Positions 18,402 to 26,580 of a stretch of DNA of 64,000 bases are shown here, piece by piece. A program made the translations under genes and the position numbers. The stretch is from the NCBI GenBank assembly GCA_019323515.1, contig JAHWHG010000002.1:18316-82315 (forward strand), read 5' to 3'. Source of the stretch: Candidatus Woesearchaeota archaeon (GTDB taxonomy: Archaea; Nanobdellota; Nanobdellia; Woesearchaeales; JAHWHD01). Below the pieces are notes generated by a model that saw only the letters and a program-made list of their open reading frames with translations, searched no databases and was not told where the DNA came from. How positions within the stretch are numbered: position 1 is the first letter of the stretch; the number at the start of each line of letters is the position of its first letter.

Positions 18402-19394
18402 TTATTCAGCAAGAAATATATTGTTCTTGTCCTCAAGAATCTTTACCTTCTGCATCTGGCCAGGCTTTTTAGTGCAGTTGTTTATTGAGATGCACCTGTT
18501 TCCAGCGACACCTATCATCTGGCCATTGATCCAGCCAGGGCATTTTACAAGAGCATTCACCTTGTCACCTTTCTTAAACTGAGATGGAAGGCGTTGGCAT
18601 TTCTTTATGTTCATGTTCTGCCGTGTAAGAATCAAGTCAACCTTAAACTCCTTTTCCCATTTCTTTAGCTGGTCATAGAATTTCCAATAAGTAAGCTCTT
18701 TAGCACCTTTTATCTTTCTGCTATATTTGTATGTCTCGTACTTCTGTATGCCGAGTCTTACATTCAGCTCTTTAGCAAGCTTGATTATGTCAATAATGTC
18801 TTTATCGTTGATCTTTGGCATCCAGACTGGTGTTAAAAAGAGTTCAATCTTTTGCTTTGAAATGTACTTGCAAAGCTCTATTATCTTACTGACATCATAT
18901 GAAGGTACTCCTGCAAGTTTTTTTCCGAGTTCCTTGTCTAGAGTGTGAATAGAAAGGTTGATCCTTCCAAGTCCTGCTTTGATAAGCTTGTCAATCATTT
19001 CTTTTGTCAGGAAAGAGGCGTTTGTCTGCATTGAGATAAAGTGGATGCCTTTAATCTTGTTAAGTTTCTTTACAAGTTCAATCAAATCAGGGTATAATGT
19101 AGTTTCTCCAACTGAGTCAATGTTTGCCTCAACAGAGCAGCCTTGTTCATTCTTATAGTCAACAACTTCCTTTACCCATTCAATAAGATAGGAAAGGTCT
19201 ATATTATAGTCAGCCTGGTGCCTTTTTGAGCATTTACCTGAGTCAGTTGAGCAGAAAGGACAGCAGAGGTTGCAGATTGATGTTGGCCGGATCTGGATTA
19301 GATTAGTGCCTCTGTCTATAATCCCGAATGCAATACAGCCTATCAATGGAATACCAGATTCTTTTGTTATGTTGATAAGGGTTTTATTTTTCAA
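18402..19394 (-). CDS. Radical SAM protein
   Basis: ORF track 330 aa. CNLCCPFC gives the CxxxCxxC cluster motif near the N-terminus, with a TIM-barrel-like middle. The C-terminal extension has no motif I recognise. Confidence 0.8.
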   Translation of the reverse strand: MKNKTLINITKESGIPLIGCIAFGIIDRGTNLIQIRPTSICNLCCPFCSTDSGKCSKRHQADYNIDLSYLIEWVKEVVDYKNEQGCSVEANIDSVGETTLYPDLIELVKKLNKIKGIHFISMQTNASFLTKEMIDKLIKAGLGRINLSIHTLDKELGKKLAGVPSYDVSKIIELCKYISKQKIELFLTPVWMPKINDKDIIDIIKLAKELNVRLGIQKYETYKYSRKIKGAKELTYWKFYDQLKKWEKEFKVDLILTRQNMNIKKCQRLPSQFKKGDKVNALVKCPGWINGQMIGVAGNRCISINNCTKKPGQMQKVKILEDKNNIFLAE

Positions 19395-20088
19395 TTTTCT
19401 TCCAGTCCATTCCTTTTACAAGGTGTTTGCATTTAAGGGAGCAGTCTGCGTATATATTGAAGCCTTTTTGGTAGCAATCTTTACAGAAGAACATGTCGTC
19501 AAAGACCACTTTATCAGGTTCATAACGAAACTCAATCTCTTTTAGTATATCCCTGTGGATGAGAATACAGCCAACTCCGCAAGCTCCTACTTGAATTAAT
19601 TTATCATTCTCAACCTCTTCTTCATCATACTGCCTTACTGAACTTCCCTTTACTATTGCGTATAAAAGCGGTTTAATAAGGGTTATGCCTGGTGCGTTTG
19701 TTACATTATATTCTTTGTAATATACTCCGGAAATAATCTTTTTATTATGTCTAAGCATACTTTCAATAATATCTTCAGGAGGTATGATGTCCTGTTCAAG
19801 TGAGAAGAAGTAGTCATAGTTGTCTTCTAAAGCCTTTTTCCTAATCATGTTCCTTGCCTTTACAATCCTGTCTCTGGCTTTTCCTGTGTAAGGAATCTTT
19901 CTTAGGATAATGTGTCTATTTATGATCTTTAACTTTTCCTTTAGAATGTTGAAATAGTCTTCAGTCTCTGAGTTGTCTACTATCATTATGTCAAAGTCTG
20001 AATAAGTCAGCTTTTTAAGGCCTTCAATGTACTCGTCAATGCAGTATGCCTTGTGGTTTGAGGTAGGACAACCTAGTAAGATTCTCAT
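19384..20088 (-). CDS. Glycosyltransferase-like protein (paralog A)
   Basis: ORF track 234 aa. LLGCPTSNHKAYCIDEYIEGLKKLTYSDFDIMIVDNSE...FFSLEQDIIPPED has a GT-A-like N-terminal Rossmann half with acidic motifs. It is a clear paralog of 23800..24522. Confidence 0.55.
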   Translation of the reverse strand: MRILLGCPTSNHKAYCIDEYIEGLKKLTYSDFDIMIVDNSETEDYFNILKEKLKIINRHIILRKIPYTGKARDRIVKARNMIRKKALEDNYDYFFSLEQDIIPPEDIIESMLRHNKKIISGVYYKEYNVTNAPGITLIKPLLYAIVKGSSVRQYDEEEVENDKLIQVGACGVGCILIHRDILKEIEFRYEPDKVVFDDMFFCKDCYQKGFNIYADCSLKCKHLVKGMDWKKIEK

Positions 20089-20133
20089 AGTCCTAGAAAT
20101 AGCTTAAGTGTATAAAAAGTTTGTGTTATATAA

Positions 20134-20163
20134 GAGAAGAAAAAAGAAAAAAAAAGAAAAAAA
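20134..20163 (-). terminator. Oligo-T (gene-strand) terminator after the S-layer-like gene
   Basis: The plus-strand purine run gagaagaaaaaagaaaaaaaaagaaaaaaa reads as a T/C-rich run on the minus strand. It starts ~12 nt after the stop at 20175. Archaeal terminators are typically oligo-T tracts. Confidence 0.5.
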
Positions 20164-20174
20164 GCTTTTTAGGC

Positions 20175-22613
20175 TTATTCTGTAGGTATACTTGCAGACA
20201 CTTTGTCTAGGCTTGTTACAGACAAGCTGATCTCGTCAGAAGCTTTGCTGAACACTGACTCATGCTTAGCATAGTTAGCTAAGTACTGTGCAGCAGCTCT
20301 TGTGTCAAGACCGCTATAACCTGCTACTAGTAGAGCAACTTTTCCGTTGTTATCGAACAACTTAATCATTGCTTTACCTTCTTCAAAGCCTTCTGTACAA
20401 TCTGCAGGGTTACCCATTACTTCAGCAGCTTTGCTGTTTACGCAAGGTCCACCAACTAAGATCAAGTTCTGAGCTGTAGCTGGTAGTTCGCTAGCAAAGA
20501 TAACTGCTCCTGTATCGATTCTTACTGGAACAGCTGTTTCTCCTGCAGCTCCAACAGATACTTCTGCGCTTGTAGGTGCAAGGAACACATTACCGTACCT
20601 TTGTTCAGATACAGTTTCCAATACGATGGATTGTCTTGGATCATCGTCATCGAATGAGACTAATGTTCCCCATTCAGTAGCCTGGTACTTTGTGTCATCG
20701 TCGTCATCATTTTCAGCTAAAGCTGTTGATGTATACCATGTAGCGTAGGTACCTTGTGCAGTGAACCAGTGTGTTGATGAGAACTGAAGTTCGTCATCTG
20801 CTGTGTCTCTTTCAAGTCTCATCATGATGTCGTAGTGGTTGTCTTCGTCGTCTGGTTCTCTGAATGTCACGTTAACTTCAGTCTGTGCAACTCCGTTCAG
20901 TGTTGCTCCTGAGCCGGTAACAGCTTGAAGTATATAAACATTCTCTGTTTCTGCTGCGTTTTCCAATTGGAGGTTGTATGGAACAATGTTTCCAGATGTA
21001 TCCAATCCAATTGTTATTGTACCTATTGTTCCTAAGTCAACATTAATGTAGCTCCCTGTGTCTGACATGTTTGAGCTGAACATGGAATCGAAGCTGTCTT
21101 CGTAATCCTTGCCAGTGTTAACATCCCTTAACTTTGTCTTGTTGTTTGTTGAGTCAATGTCTGTAATTTCCATGACATGAGGTACTTCTCCGCTGTCAAC
21201 TACAAACAAGAATGTTCCTTCACAGTCGTCATATGTTGTTTTTCCAGTGTTACAGTCTACTGATGTGCTGTCTTCCATTAAGAAGAACTTCTCATCAGTA
21301 TCTTTTCCCATGTAGATGTTATCAGAGTCGTCTAACTTAAATGGAATCTCGATTTCAACACCATCAGCGTTAGTGAACTTAAGTTCTGCTGCATCTCCAC
21401 TTGCAGTGAATGAAATCTCTCCCTTGTCTACAGCAACTTCACTGGCAAAGTCAAACTTGAATCCACCGAAAACAGGGTCTACCCAATTTTCACCAGGCTT
21501 TAGCCAGACTTCGTCATCAAGTTCAAATGTGATGTTGAATCCTTCCCATAATTCAGGTGTACCAGTTGTGTCAACAATAAAGTTAACTTCTGATCCATCA
21601 ACATCTGCTCCGCCTTGCTCAACTTCTTGTCCTTCCTGAAGAACAAGCTCTGTAGCTCCAACGTTTACTTCACAGACGTCTGTGTCTTGTGTAGCTGTGT
21701 GGATAGCTTTAGCATCTGTAACTCCTATTTCAACACCGTTAACTGTTTCAGTGGAGTCTACATCTACCCAAACTGTTGTTCCATCAACATTTACACCACA
21801 TGCATCTTCGTTCTCAGAAACGTCTACAACATAGATCTCGTGTTCAACACCAGCAAGTGTTCTTGTGATCTTAACATCCTGTGTCAGCCACATAACAGTT
21901 TCACCAGCTAGCAATGTCAACTTGTTTAATGTTGCACCGCTGAATGATGCGTCTGTTATTGTATACACCTGCCCCATTATCTCTATCTTTGTTGATTCAA
22001 GGTCATCAGCATAAGAATATGTTGATGATGAGCTATACTCAACAGCAGTGTCGAAGTCTAATCTATACCTGTACAATTCAGCATCTTCATTTAGCCAAAG
22101 ATAGCTTCCTTGTTGGTCGTTGTTATTTTCATCAGCATCTAACAAATACATTGATGATGCGTTGAAAATTCGAATCTCTTGTGTGTATGTTGTGTCTTGT
22201 TTGTTGTCTCCTTCATTGTCCTCATAGGTTCCTTCTTTTAGTAAAGAAGGGAGTTGTCCATCGTCCAATGGAGTTTCCTGTACACTATACAAATAGTCTC
22301 CCCAGTTTAAACTATCGCCAGCTTTCTCTAGCTTGACACCTTCATCAATGGTAACTTCAGCACCACCAGTTCCAACTACTTTTTTAGTAGCGTACTGTAG
22401 GCTGCCAAAGATATCTGCTATTCCGATTGTATCCTCAGACTTTGCAGTATCTCCCAGTACCAATAGGCCGTCAAACTTGTCGTCCATTACATATGGCTTA
22501 GGGTAGTCGCTCAGCTTGTAATCTAAAGCTGCAGCTCCAAAGATTGTAGCTCCCAGCATTGTTGCTCCAACGCCTAATGCAACAATCTTCTTAAAAGCCT
22601 TTTTTACTTCCAT
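20175..22613 (-). CDS. S-layer-like major surface protein
   Basis: ORF track 812 aa with signal peptide (KKIVALGVGATMLGATIFGAAA). The protein is acidic and Thr/Asp/Val-rich. The C-terminal block LILVGGPCVNSKAAEVMG...ALLVAGYSGLDTRAAAQYLANY resembles the conserved C-terminal domain of methanococcal-type S-layer proteins as I recall it. A strong GGAGGTG Shine-Dalgarno lies at 22622..22628, and the upstream region is long. Confidence 0.6.
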   Translation of the reverse strand: MEVKKAFKKIVALGVGATMLGATIFGAAALDYKLSDYPKPYVMDDKFDGLLVLGDTAKSEDTIGIADIFGSLQYATKKVVGTGGAEVTIDEGVKLEKAGDSLNWGDYLYSVQETPLDDGQLPSLLKEGTYEDNEGDNKQDTTYTQEIRIFNASSMYLLDADENNNDQQGSYLWLNEDAELYRYRLDFDTAVEYSSSSTYSYADDLESTKIEIMGQVYTITDASFSGATLNKLTLLAGETVMWLTQDVKITRTLAGVEHEIYVVDVSENEDACGVNVDGTTVWVDVDSTETVNGVEIGVTDAKAIHTATQDTDVCEVNVGATELVLQEGQEVEQGGADVDGSEVNFIVDTTGTPELWEGFNITFELDDEVWLKPGENWVDPVFGGFKFDFASEVAVDKGEISFTASGDAAELKFTNADGVEIEIPFKLDDSDNIYMGKDTDEKFFLMEDSTSVDCNTGKTTYDDCEGTFLFVVDSGEVPHVMEITDIDSTNNKTKLRDVNTGKDYEDSFDSMFSSNMSDTGSYINVDLGTIGTITIGLDTSGNIVPYNLQLENAAETENVYILQAVTGSGATLNGVAQTEVNVTFREPDDEDNHYDIMMRLERDTADDELQFSSTHWFTAQGTYATWYTSTALAENDDDDDTKYQATEWGTLVSFDDDDPRQSIVLETVSEQRYGNVFLAPTSAEVSVGAAGETAVPVRIDTGAVIFASELPATAQNLILVGGPCVNSKAAEVMGNPADCTEGFEEGKAMIKLFDNNGKVALLVAGYSGLDTRAAAQYLANYAKHESVFSKASDEISLSVTSLDKVSASIPTE

Positions 22614-22818
22614 TATCTAAACACCTCCGTGTTTTCTTTTTTGGGCTATTATGCTTTTTGCATTTATGTTGTCTTATGACAACATAGTGTTTTCCAGCAA
22701 ATCTTGTATCCTGTATTTAAGTTTTTGTAACCACTAACCAAACATTATTTTGTTGGTTCGTTGTCGTCGGTATTACTAGGATAATATCTGCTAGATTATG
22801 TAAACTATTTCAATTTTT

Positions 22819-22828
22819 GTTTATAAAC
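22819..22828 (-). promoter_or_regulatory. Candidate distal TATA box for the S-layer-like gene (long 5' UTR)
   Basis: gtttataaac lies ~200 nt upstream of ATG 22613. It is preceded on the gene strand by GCGAAAAG, the same arrangement (GCGAAAC-ATTTATATAC) seen upstream of the 38395..38571 gene. Confidence 0.35.
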
Positions 22829-23065
22829 TTTTCGCAAGAATATCGGGGGTGTTTCCGTCGGTATATGGCAAATGGCCTGTAGTGGCAGAATTTTGGGGTT
22901 TGAGTGCGTTGTTACTTGAGAATAGATAATGATGAAAAGGGGTGAAAAATAGGGTTTGTTTATAAATAAAAATGGCTTAATTTTTGTCGTATGTATATGA
23001 AAATAAATTGTTGTTTTGATGGAGTTTTTGGGTGTTTTCCAGGCTTGTTTTATTTGGAATAAATT

Positions 23066-23079
23066 GGTTTTATCGTCGG
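23066..23079 (+). promoter_or_regulatory. GGTTTTATCGWCGG motif copy
   Basis: ggttttatcgtcgg. Near-identical 14/15-mers occur at 31120..31134 (+) and 31226..31239 (-). Confidence 0.35.
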
Positions 23080-23091
23080 TAAGAATCAGTT

Positions 23092-23478
23092 TTATCCTTT
23101 TGGCTTTGGGGTAGGTCTTCCATAGTTGTTGACCCCTTCAATAAACTTCTTTGCGATTTCTATGAACTTATCATAGTCCTTTTTGACTAACTTTTTCAGT
23201 AAACATCTGCCTGCTTCAGGTGTTGATAGCTTAAAAGTAAGGTCTGTGAGCGGAGGATCAAGCATATAGCCAAGGTCGTTCCTTACAAGTTCGTCAATAA
23301 AGTACATGTTATAATCGCGACAGAGGTGTTCATGTTCAATGCCTTGGGCTTTTGCTTCTTTTATTGCGGATTCAATGCCTGAGTCCAGTGTGAAAGGTTC
23401 TAATGTGACTGCTCTAACTCCTTCTGAACGAACTGCAGATGCAAGCGCACAGTAGAATTGTGTTTCGTTGTATTTCAT
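23092..23478 (-). CDS. Hypothetical protein
   Basis: The track ORF 23092..23646 runs into the tRNA gene, so I prefer the in-frame ATG 23478 (MKYNETQFYCALASAV..., 128 aa). No motif recognised. Confidence 0.45.
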   Translation of the reverse strand: MKYNETQFYCALASAVRSEGVRAVTLEPFTLDSGIESAIKEAKAQGIEHEHLCRDYNMYFIDELVRNDLGYMLDPPLTDLTFKLSTPEAGRCLLKKLVKKDYDKFIEIAKKFIEGVNNYGRPTPKPKG

Positions 23479-23560
23479 GTTACGAGTAATTATGATTCGG
23501 TTTAAATTTATTATTGAAATGGATAATATAGAAATAATAGGAAAAGTGTAAAATAAAGAA

Positions 23561-23743
23561 TGCGGAGGTGAGGATTTGAACCCCAGTAGGCATTGCTCCA
23601 AGAAAGCAAAAAAGCGTTCTTGTCTAAGCCAACAGGTGTCTTCCAATCATCAGCAAGAAGCTTCTTCACACCTTTTGCCGAATTGGCCTAAGCTTGGACT
23701 TCTGTTAAGAATCTGTCCCGTTTGACCGCTCCGGCACCTCCGC
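23561..23743 (-). tRNA. Class II tRNA with ~100 nt of intervening sequence, probably tRNA-Leu (anticodon UAG, tentative)
   Basis: The minus-strand read (183 nt) is GCGGAGG-TG-CCGG-AGCGGTCAA-ACGG-G ... TGGGG-TTCAAAT-CCTCA-CCTCCGC-A. It has a 7/7 acceptor stem, U8, a long GG-containing D-loop, a T-arm and A73, with no encoded CCA. The best anticodon arm is CCAAG-CTTAGG[~83 nt]T-CTTGG. The intron segment TTGGCTTA can pair with TAGGCCAA across the anticodon loop. About 19 extra nt (ACAGATTCTTAACAGAAGT) lie between the D-arm and the anticodon stem. The boundaries are tentative. Confidence 0.7.
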
Positions 23744-23799
23744 ATAGAAGGTTAGTCTCTTAAATTTACATATAGTATAAAAAACTTACTGTTAATCTG

Positions 23800-24522
23800 C
23801 TATTGTTCAATATTATGCCAGCTGTTCTCTGCGCTTCTCCCTTTTAGCATATGCCTGCACTTTATAGATGTGTCACAGAATATCTTTTGTTTCAGCTCTT
23901 TCATGTCCAGAGAGAACCAGATATCGTCAAATGCCTTGTTCTCTGGGTTAAAGCGGAACTCAAACCTGTCAAGAAGATCCCTATGAATAAGCACGCACCC
24001 AAGACCGCATGCTCCAACCTCTATAACGCGTTCTTCCTCAACCTCATCTGCATGCATCAATCTTATGTCTCCTGTCTCAGGATGCATCTCAAAAAGTACA
24101 GGATGGAGTGTGTTCTTCATATAGCCATGGGCAGGTTTTAGTATATAATATACTCCAGATATTACCTTTTTATCATGCTTAAGAAGTCTTTGTATCGTGT
24201 CAGGGACAGGTATGACATCCTGTTCAAGCGAGAAGAAGTAATCGTAATTGCCTGATATGGCTTTCTCTTTTATTTTGTTCCTTGCCTTTACAATCCTGTC
24301 ACGTGCCTTTGGAGTGAAATCAATCTTCTCTATTATCACTTTTTTTGGAAAATCCTTAAACTTTTCCTTTAACAGGTTGAAGTAGCTGTCATCCTCAGAA
24401 TTGTCAACTAATATTATATCAAAGTTAGAGTAATCCAGTTGCTTAAGACCCTCAATATACTCATCAATACAATACAGTTTGTGCCTGGATGTTGGACATC
24501 CGACAAGAACTTTTGGTTGCAT
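23800..24522 (-). CDS. Glycosyltransferase-like protein (paralog B)
   Basis: ORF track 240 aa. VLVGCPTSRHKLYCIDEYIEGLKQLDYSNFDIILVDNSE...FFSLEQDVIPVPD is collinear with 19384..20088. Confidence 0.55.
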   Translation of the reverse strand: MQPKVLVGCPTSRHKLYCIDEYIEGLKQLDYSNFDIILVDNSEDDSYFNLLKEKFKDFPKKVIIEKIDFTPKARDRIVKARNKIKEKAISGNYDYFFSLEQDVIPVPDTIQRLLKHDKKVISGVYYILKPAHGYMKNTLHPVLFEMHPETGDIRLMHADEVEEERVIEVGACGLGCVLIHRDLLDRFEFRFNPENKAFDDIWFSLDMKELKQKIFCDTSIKCRHMLKGRSAENSWHNIEQ

Positions 24523-24720
24523 TTACTTAACCAGTTTTTTCTTAAGAGCCTTGGACTTATTTTTTTTGTTCCAATTGTACTTTCTCATCTTGGAAGAGTC
24601 GCCATAGCCGCAGCTGCTGCACACCTTTTTCCTTACATGATATGTGTGCTTTCCGCATCTTCTGCAGCGGATATGCGTCTTACCTTTACTGTGTCTTCCT
24701 TTTGAGTATGTTCCTTTCAT
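24523..24720 (-). CDS. rpl37e: Ribosomal protein L37e
   Basis: ORF track 65 aa. [38 protein letters not shown] is the L37e zinc-ribbon pattern. Confidence 0.9.
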   Translation of the reverse strand: MKGTYSKGRHSKGKTHIRCRRCGKHTYHVRKKVCSSCGYGDSSKMRKYNWNKKNKSKALKKKLVK

Positions 24721-24721
24721 T

Positions 24722-24946
24722 TTATGCTGGTGAAATTATTGTGATTGTGTCTCCTCTTATGAACACAACTCCAAGTTTCCTCTTAATCTCCCCATTAATG
24801 ATTTCGTCAGCTTGCTCAAGCACTACATTGATATGTATGTCAAATGCCTTAAGGTTTCCAATGTATTGCTTTTGGTTCTTAAGCTCTACTATTACTCTTT
24901 TATCTCTTGCTTTGTTTAAAGCGTCTAATGGTCTTGCAGTTTCCAT
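24722..24946 (-). CDS. Sm-like (LSm) archaeal protein
   Basis: ORF track 74 aa with Sm1/Sm2 blocks ([39 protein letters not shown] ... [15 protein letters not shown]). It sits in the classic LSm-L37e pairing. Confidence 0.9.
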   Translation of the reverse strand: METARPLDALNKARDKRVIVELKNQKQYIGNLKAFDIHINVVLEQADEIINGEIKRKLGVVFIRGDTITIISPA

Positions 24947-25051
24947 TTATTTTGCACCCCACAAAAAAAACAATATTGCTACCAAAATTAGGAGGTATAT
25001 ATAAATGTTTCTGGTTTTGACCGACAATTTTATAAATAACTCCAAAATCCT

Positions 25052-25441
25052 ATGCTTAGAATGGCTAAGAGCACAAGAAGAAGCAAGAGAAAAGTAACAG
25101 GTACAAAGTACAGGAAAGAGCGTAAGAAGCGTAAATATGAGAGAGCTGGCACTCCAATGCTAACAAAGCTAGGTGAGAGGGCTTTCAAAAGAGTGAGGAC
25201 AATAGGCGATAACAGGAAGTCTAAGCTTATGGCTGCTGATTATGTGAATCTTGCTGATCCTAAGACAAAGAAGATTATGAAGGTCAAAATCAAGACAGTA
25301 GTTGAGAATAAGGCGAACAGGCATTATGTAAGAAGGAACATCATTACTAAAGGCGCTATTGTAGATACTGAGAAAGGCAAGGCAAGGATAACGTCAAGGC
25401 CTGGACAGGACGGACTGATGAATGCTGTTCTTGTAAAATGA
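25052..25441 (+). CDS. rps8e: Ribosomal protein S8e
   Basis: ORF track 129 aa, basic, with [25 protein letters not shown]...[16 protein letters not shown]. The start may instead be the ATG at 25061 (MAKST). Confidence 0.85.
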   Translation: MLRMAKSTRRSKRKVTGTKYRKERKKRKYERAGTPMLTKLGERAFKRVRTIGDNRKSKLMAADYVNLADPKTKKIMKVKIKTVVENKANRHYVRRNIITKGAIVDTEKGKARITSRPGQDGLMNAVLVK

Positions 25442-25635
25442 GTTCTGTAGATTTTAAGGTTGAGATTAAGTTTAAAGAGCTTGCACACATTGCTATGAGC
25501 CAGGGGTATAGCCATGCTGATAAGACGTTCCTTATGTATGAGATAGGTGAGGTTGAGAGGGACTTTTCAGATGGTTCTGTTGATCATGATGATGTTAACT
25601 CATTCTATAACATGATTATTGACAATTACACGTAA
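25438..25635 (+). CDS. Hypothetical small acidic protein
   Basis: ORF track 65 aa. Its start overlaps the rps8e stop (ATGA), which suggests translational coupling. Confidence 0.4.
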   Translation: MSSVDFKVEIKFKELAHIAMSQGYSHADKTFLMYEIGEVERDFSDGSVDHDDVNSFYNMIIDNYT

Positions 25636-25668
25636 AATATTTAAACACTGAATTTTTTTGAATCAATC

Positions 25669-25884
25669 ATGAGGGACTTTCATAGTTATATCGGAGAATA
25701 TAGGTCTATCTTGATGGGACTTTTTACTGAAAAGCATAATAGGAGATTTTCTTACCTGAAAAGATACTCTAGCTTGGCAATTCGTCTAACCCAAGCTGCA
25801 GGATATGAAGCAGCTAAGGTAGTCGGTCCTTTTGGAAGTGCTTTTGATGTGCCTTTAGGCGAACTTGAGGCAAAGCTTGAGTAA
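25669..25884 (+). CDS. Hypothetical small protein
   Basis: ORF track 71 aa. No motif recognised. Confidence 0.4.
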   Translation: MRDFHSYIGEYRSILMGLFTEKHNRRFSYLKRYSSLAIRLTQAAGYEAAKVVGPFGSAFDVPLGELEAKLE

Positions 25885-25917
25885 ACTTTAAATGTCTTTT
25901 ATGTTATTTCTGTTTTT

Positions 25918-26565
25918 ATGATTGATATCTATGAAAATTTGTTAAAGAAGTATGGTAACAGAGGATGGTGGCCTGTAACAAAGAAGGGGTTAGTGCCTTG
26001 TTATTGCGGCGGTCCGGGTTCTGATAAAGAAAGGTTTGAGGTCATAGTTGGCGCAATACTGACACAGAACACTTCATGGAAGAATGTCGAGAAGGCAATC
26101 GTGAACCTGAATAAACAAAAGTTGGTCGATGTTGATAAAATACTTAAGATTGATGTCAGGAAGTTGGCTGAACTGATTAAGCCAAGCGGGTATTTTAACC
26201 AGAAAGCTGAGAGGTTGAAGATTGTTGCAAGGTTCTTCAAGAATAACAAGGTTCCATCCAGGGAGGAGTTATTGGAGTTGAAGGGTGTTGGTCCAGAGAC
26301 TGCTGACTCTATCCTGCTTTATGCTTTTGATAAACCTGTTTTTGTTGTTGATGCTTATACTAGAAGGATATTTTCTCGTCTTGGGTTTTTAGAGGAAGGA
26401 GCTTCTTATGATGAATGGCAGGAGTTGTTTCATTCTAAGCTGAAGAGGGATGTTAGAGTTTTTCAGGAGTATCATGCATTGATAGTTGAGCATGCTAAAC
26501 AATTCTGTAAGAAGAAGGCTGAGTGTGAGGGTTGTTTTTTGAAAAGTAATTGTGAGAGATATTAG
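25918..26565 (+). CDS. Endonuclease III-related HhH-GPD DNA glycosylase family protein
   Basis: ORF track 215 aa with a helix-hairpin-helix (LLELKGVGPETADSILLYAF), a following Asp (VVDAYTRR) and a C-terminal Cys cluster CKKKAECEGCFLKSNC (4Fe-4S loop). Confidence 0.8.
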   Translation: MIDIYENLLKKYGNRGWWPVTKKGLVPCYCGGPGSDKERFEVIVGAILTQNTSWKNVEKAIVNLNKQKLVDVDKILKIDVRKLAELIKPSGYFNQKAERLKIVARFFKNNKVPSREELLELKGVGPETADSILLYAFDKPVFVVDAYTRRIFSRLGFLEEGASYDEWQELFHSKLKRDVRVFQEYHALIVEHAKQFCKKKAECEGCFLKSNCERY

Positions 26566-26580
26566 CTTTCTAATCTTTAT

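Noticed and set aside
21316-22165. Plus-strand ORFs 21316..21639, 21615..21911 and 21944..22165 inside the S-layer-like gene
   Set aside because: These are shadow ORFs of an 812-aa gene with a signal peptide and strong SD. Their translations are Ser/Cys-rich low complexity.
23479-23646. 5' extension of ORF 23092..23646
   Set aside because: It overlaps the 3' part of the tRNA gene (23561..23743) on the same strand, and an internal ATG at 23478 gives a plausible start.
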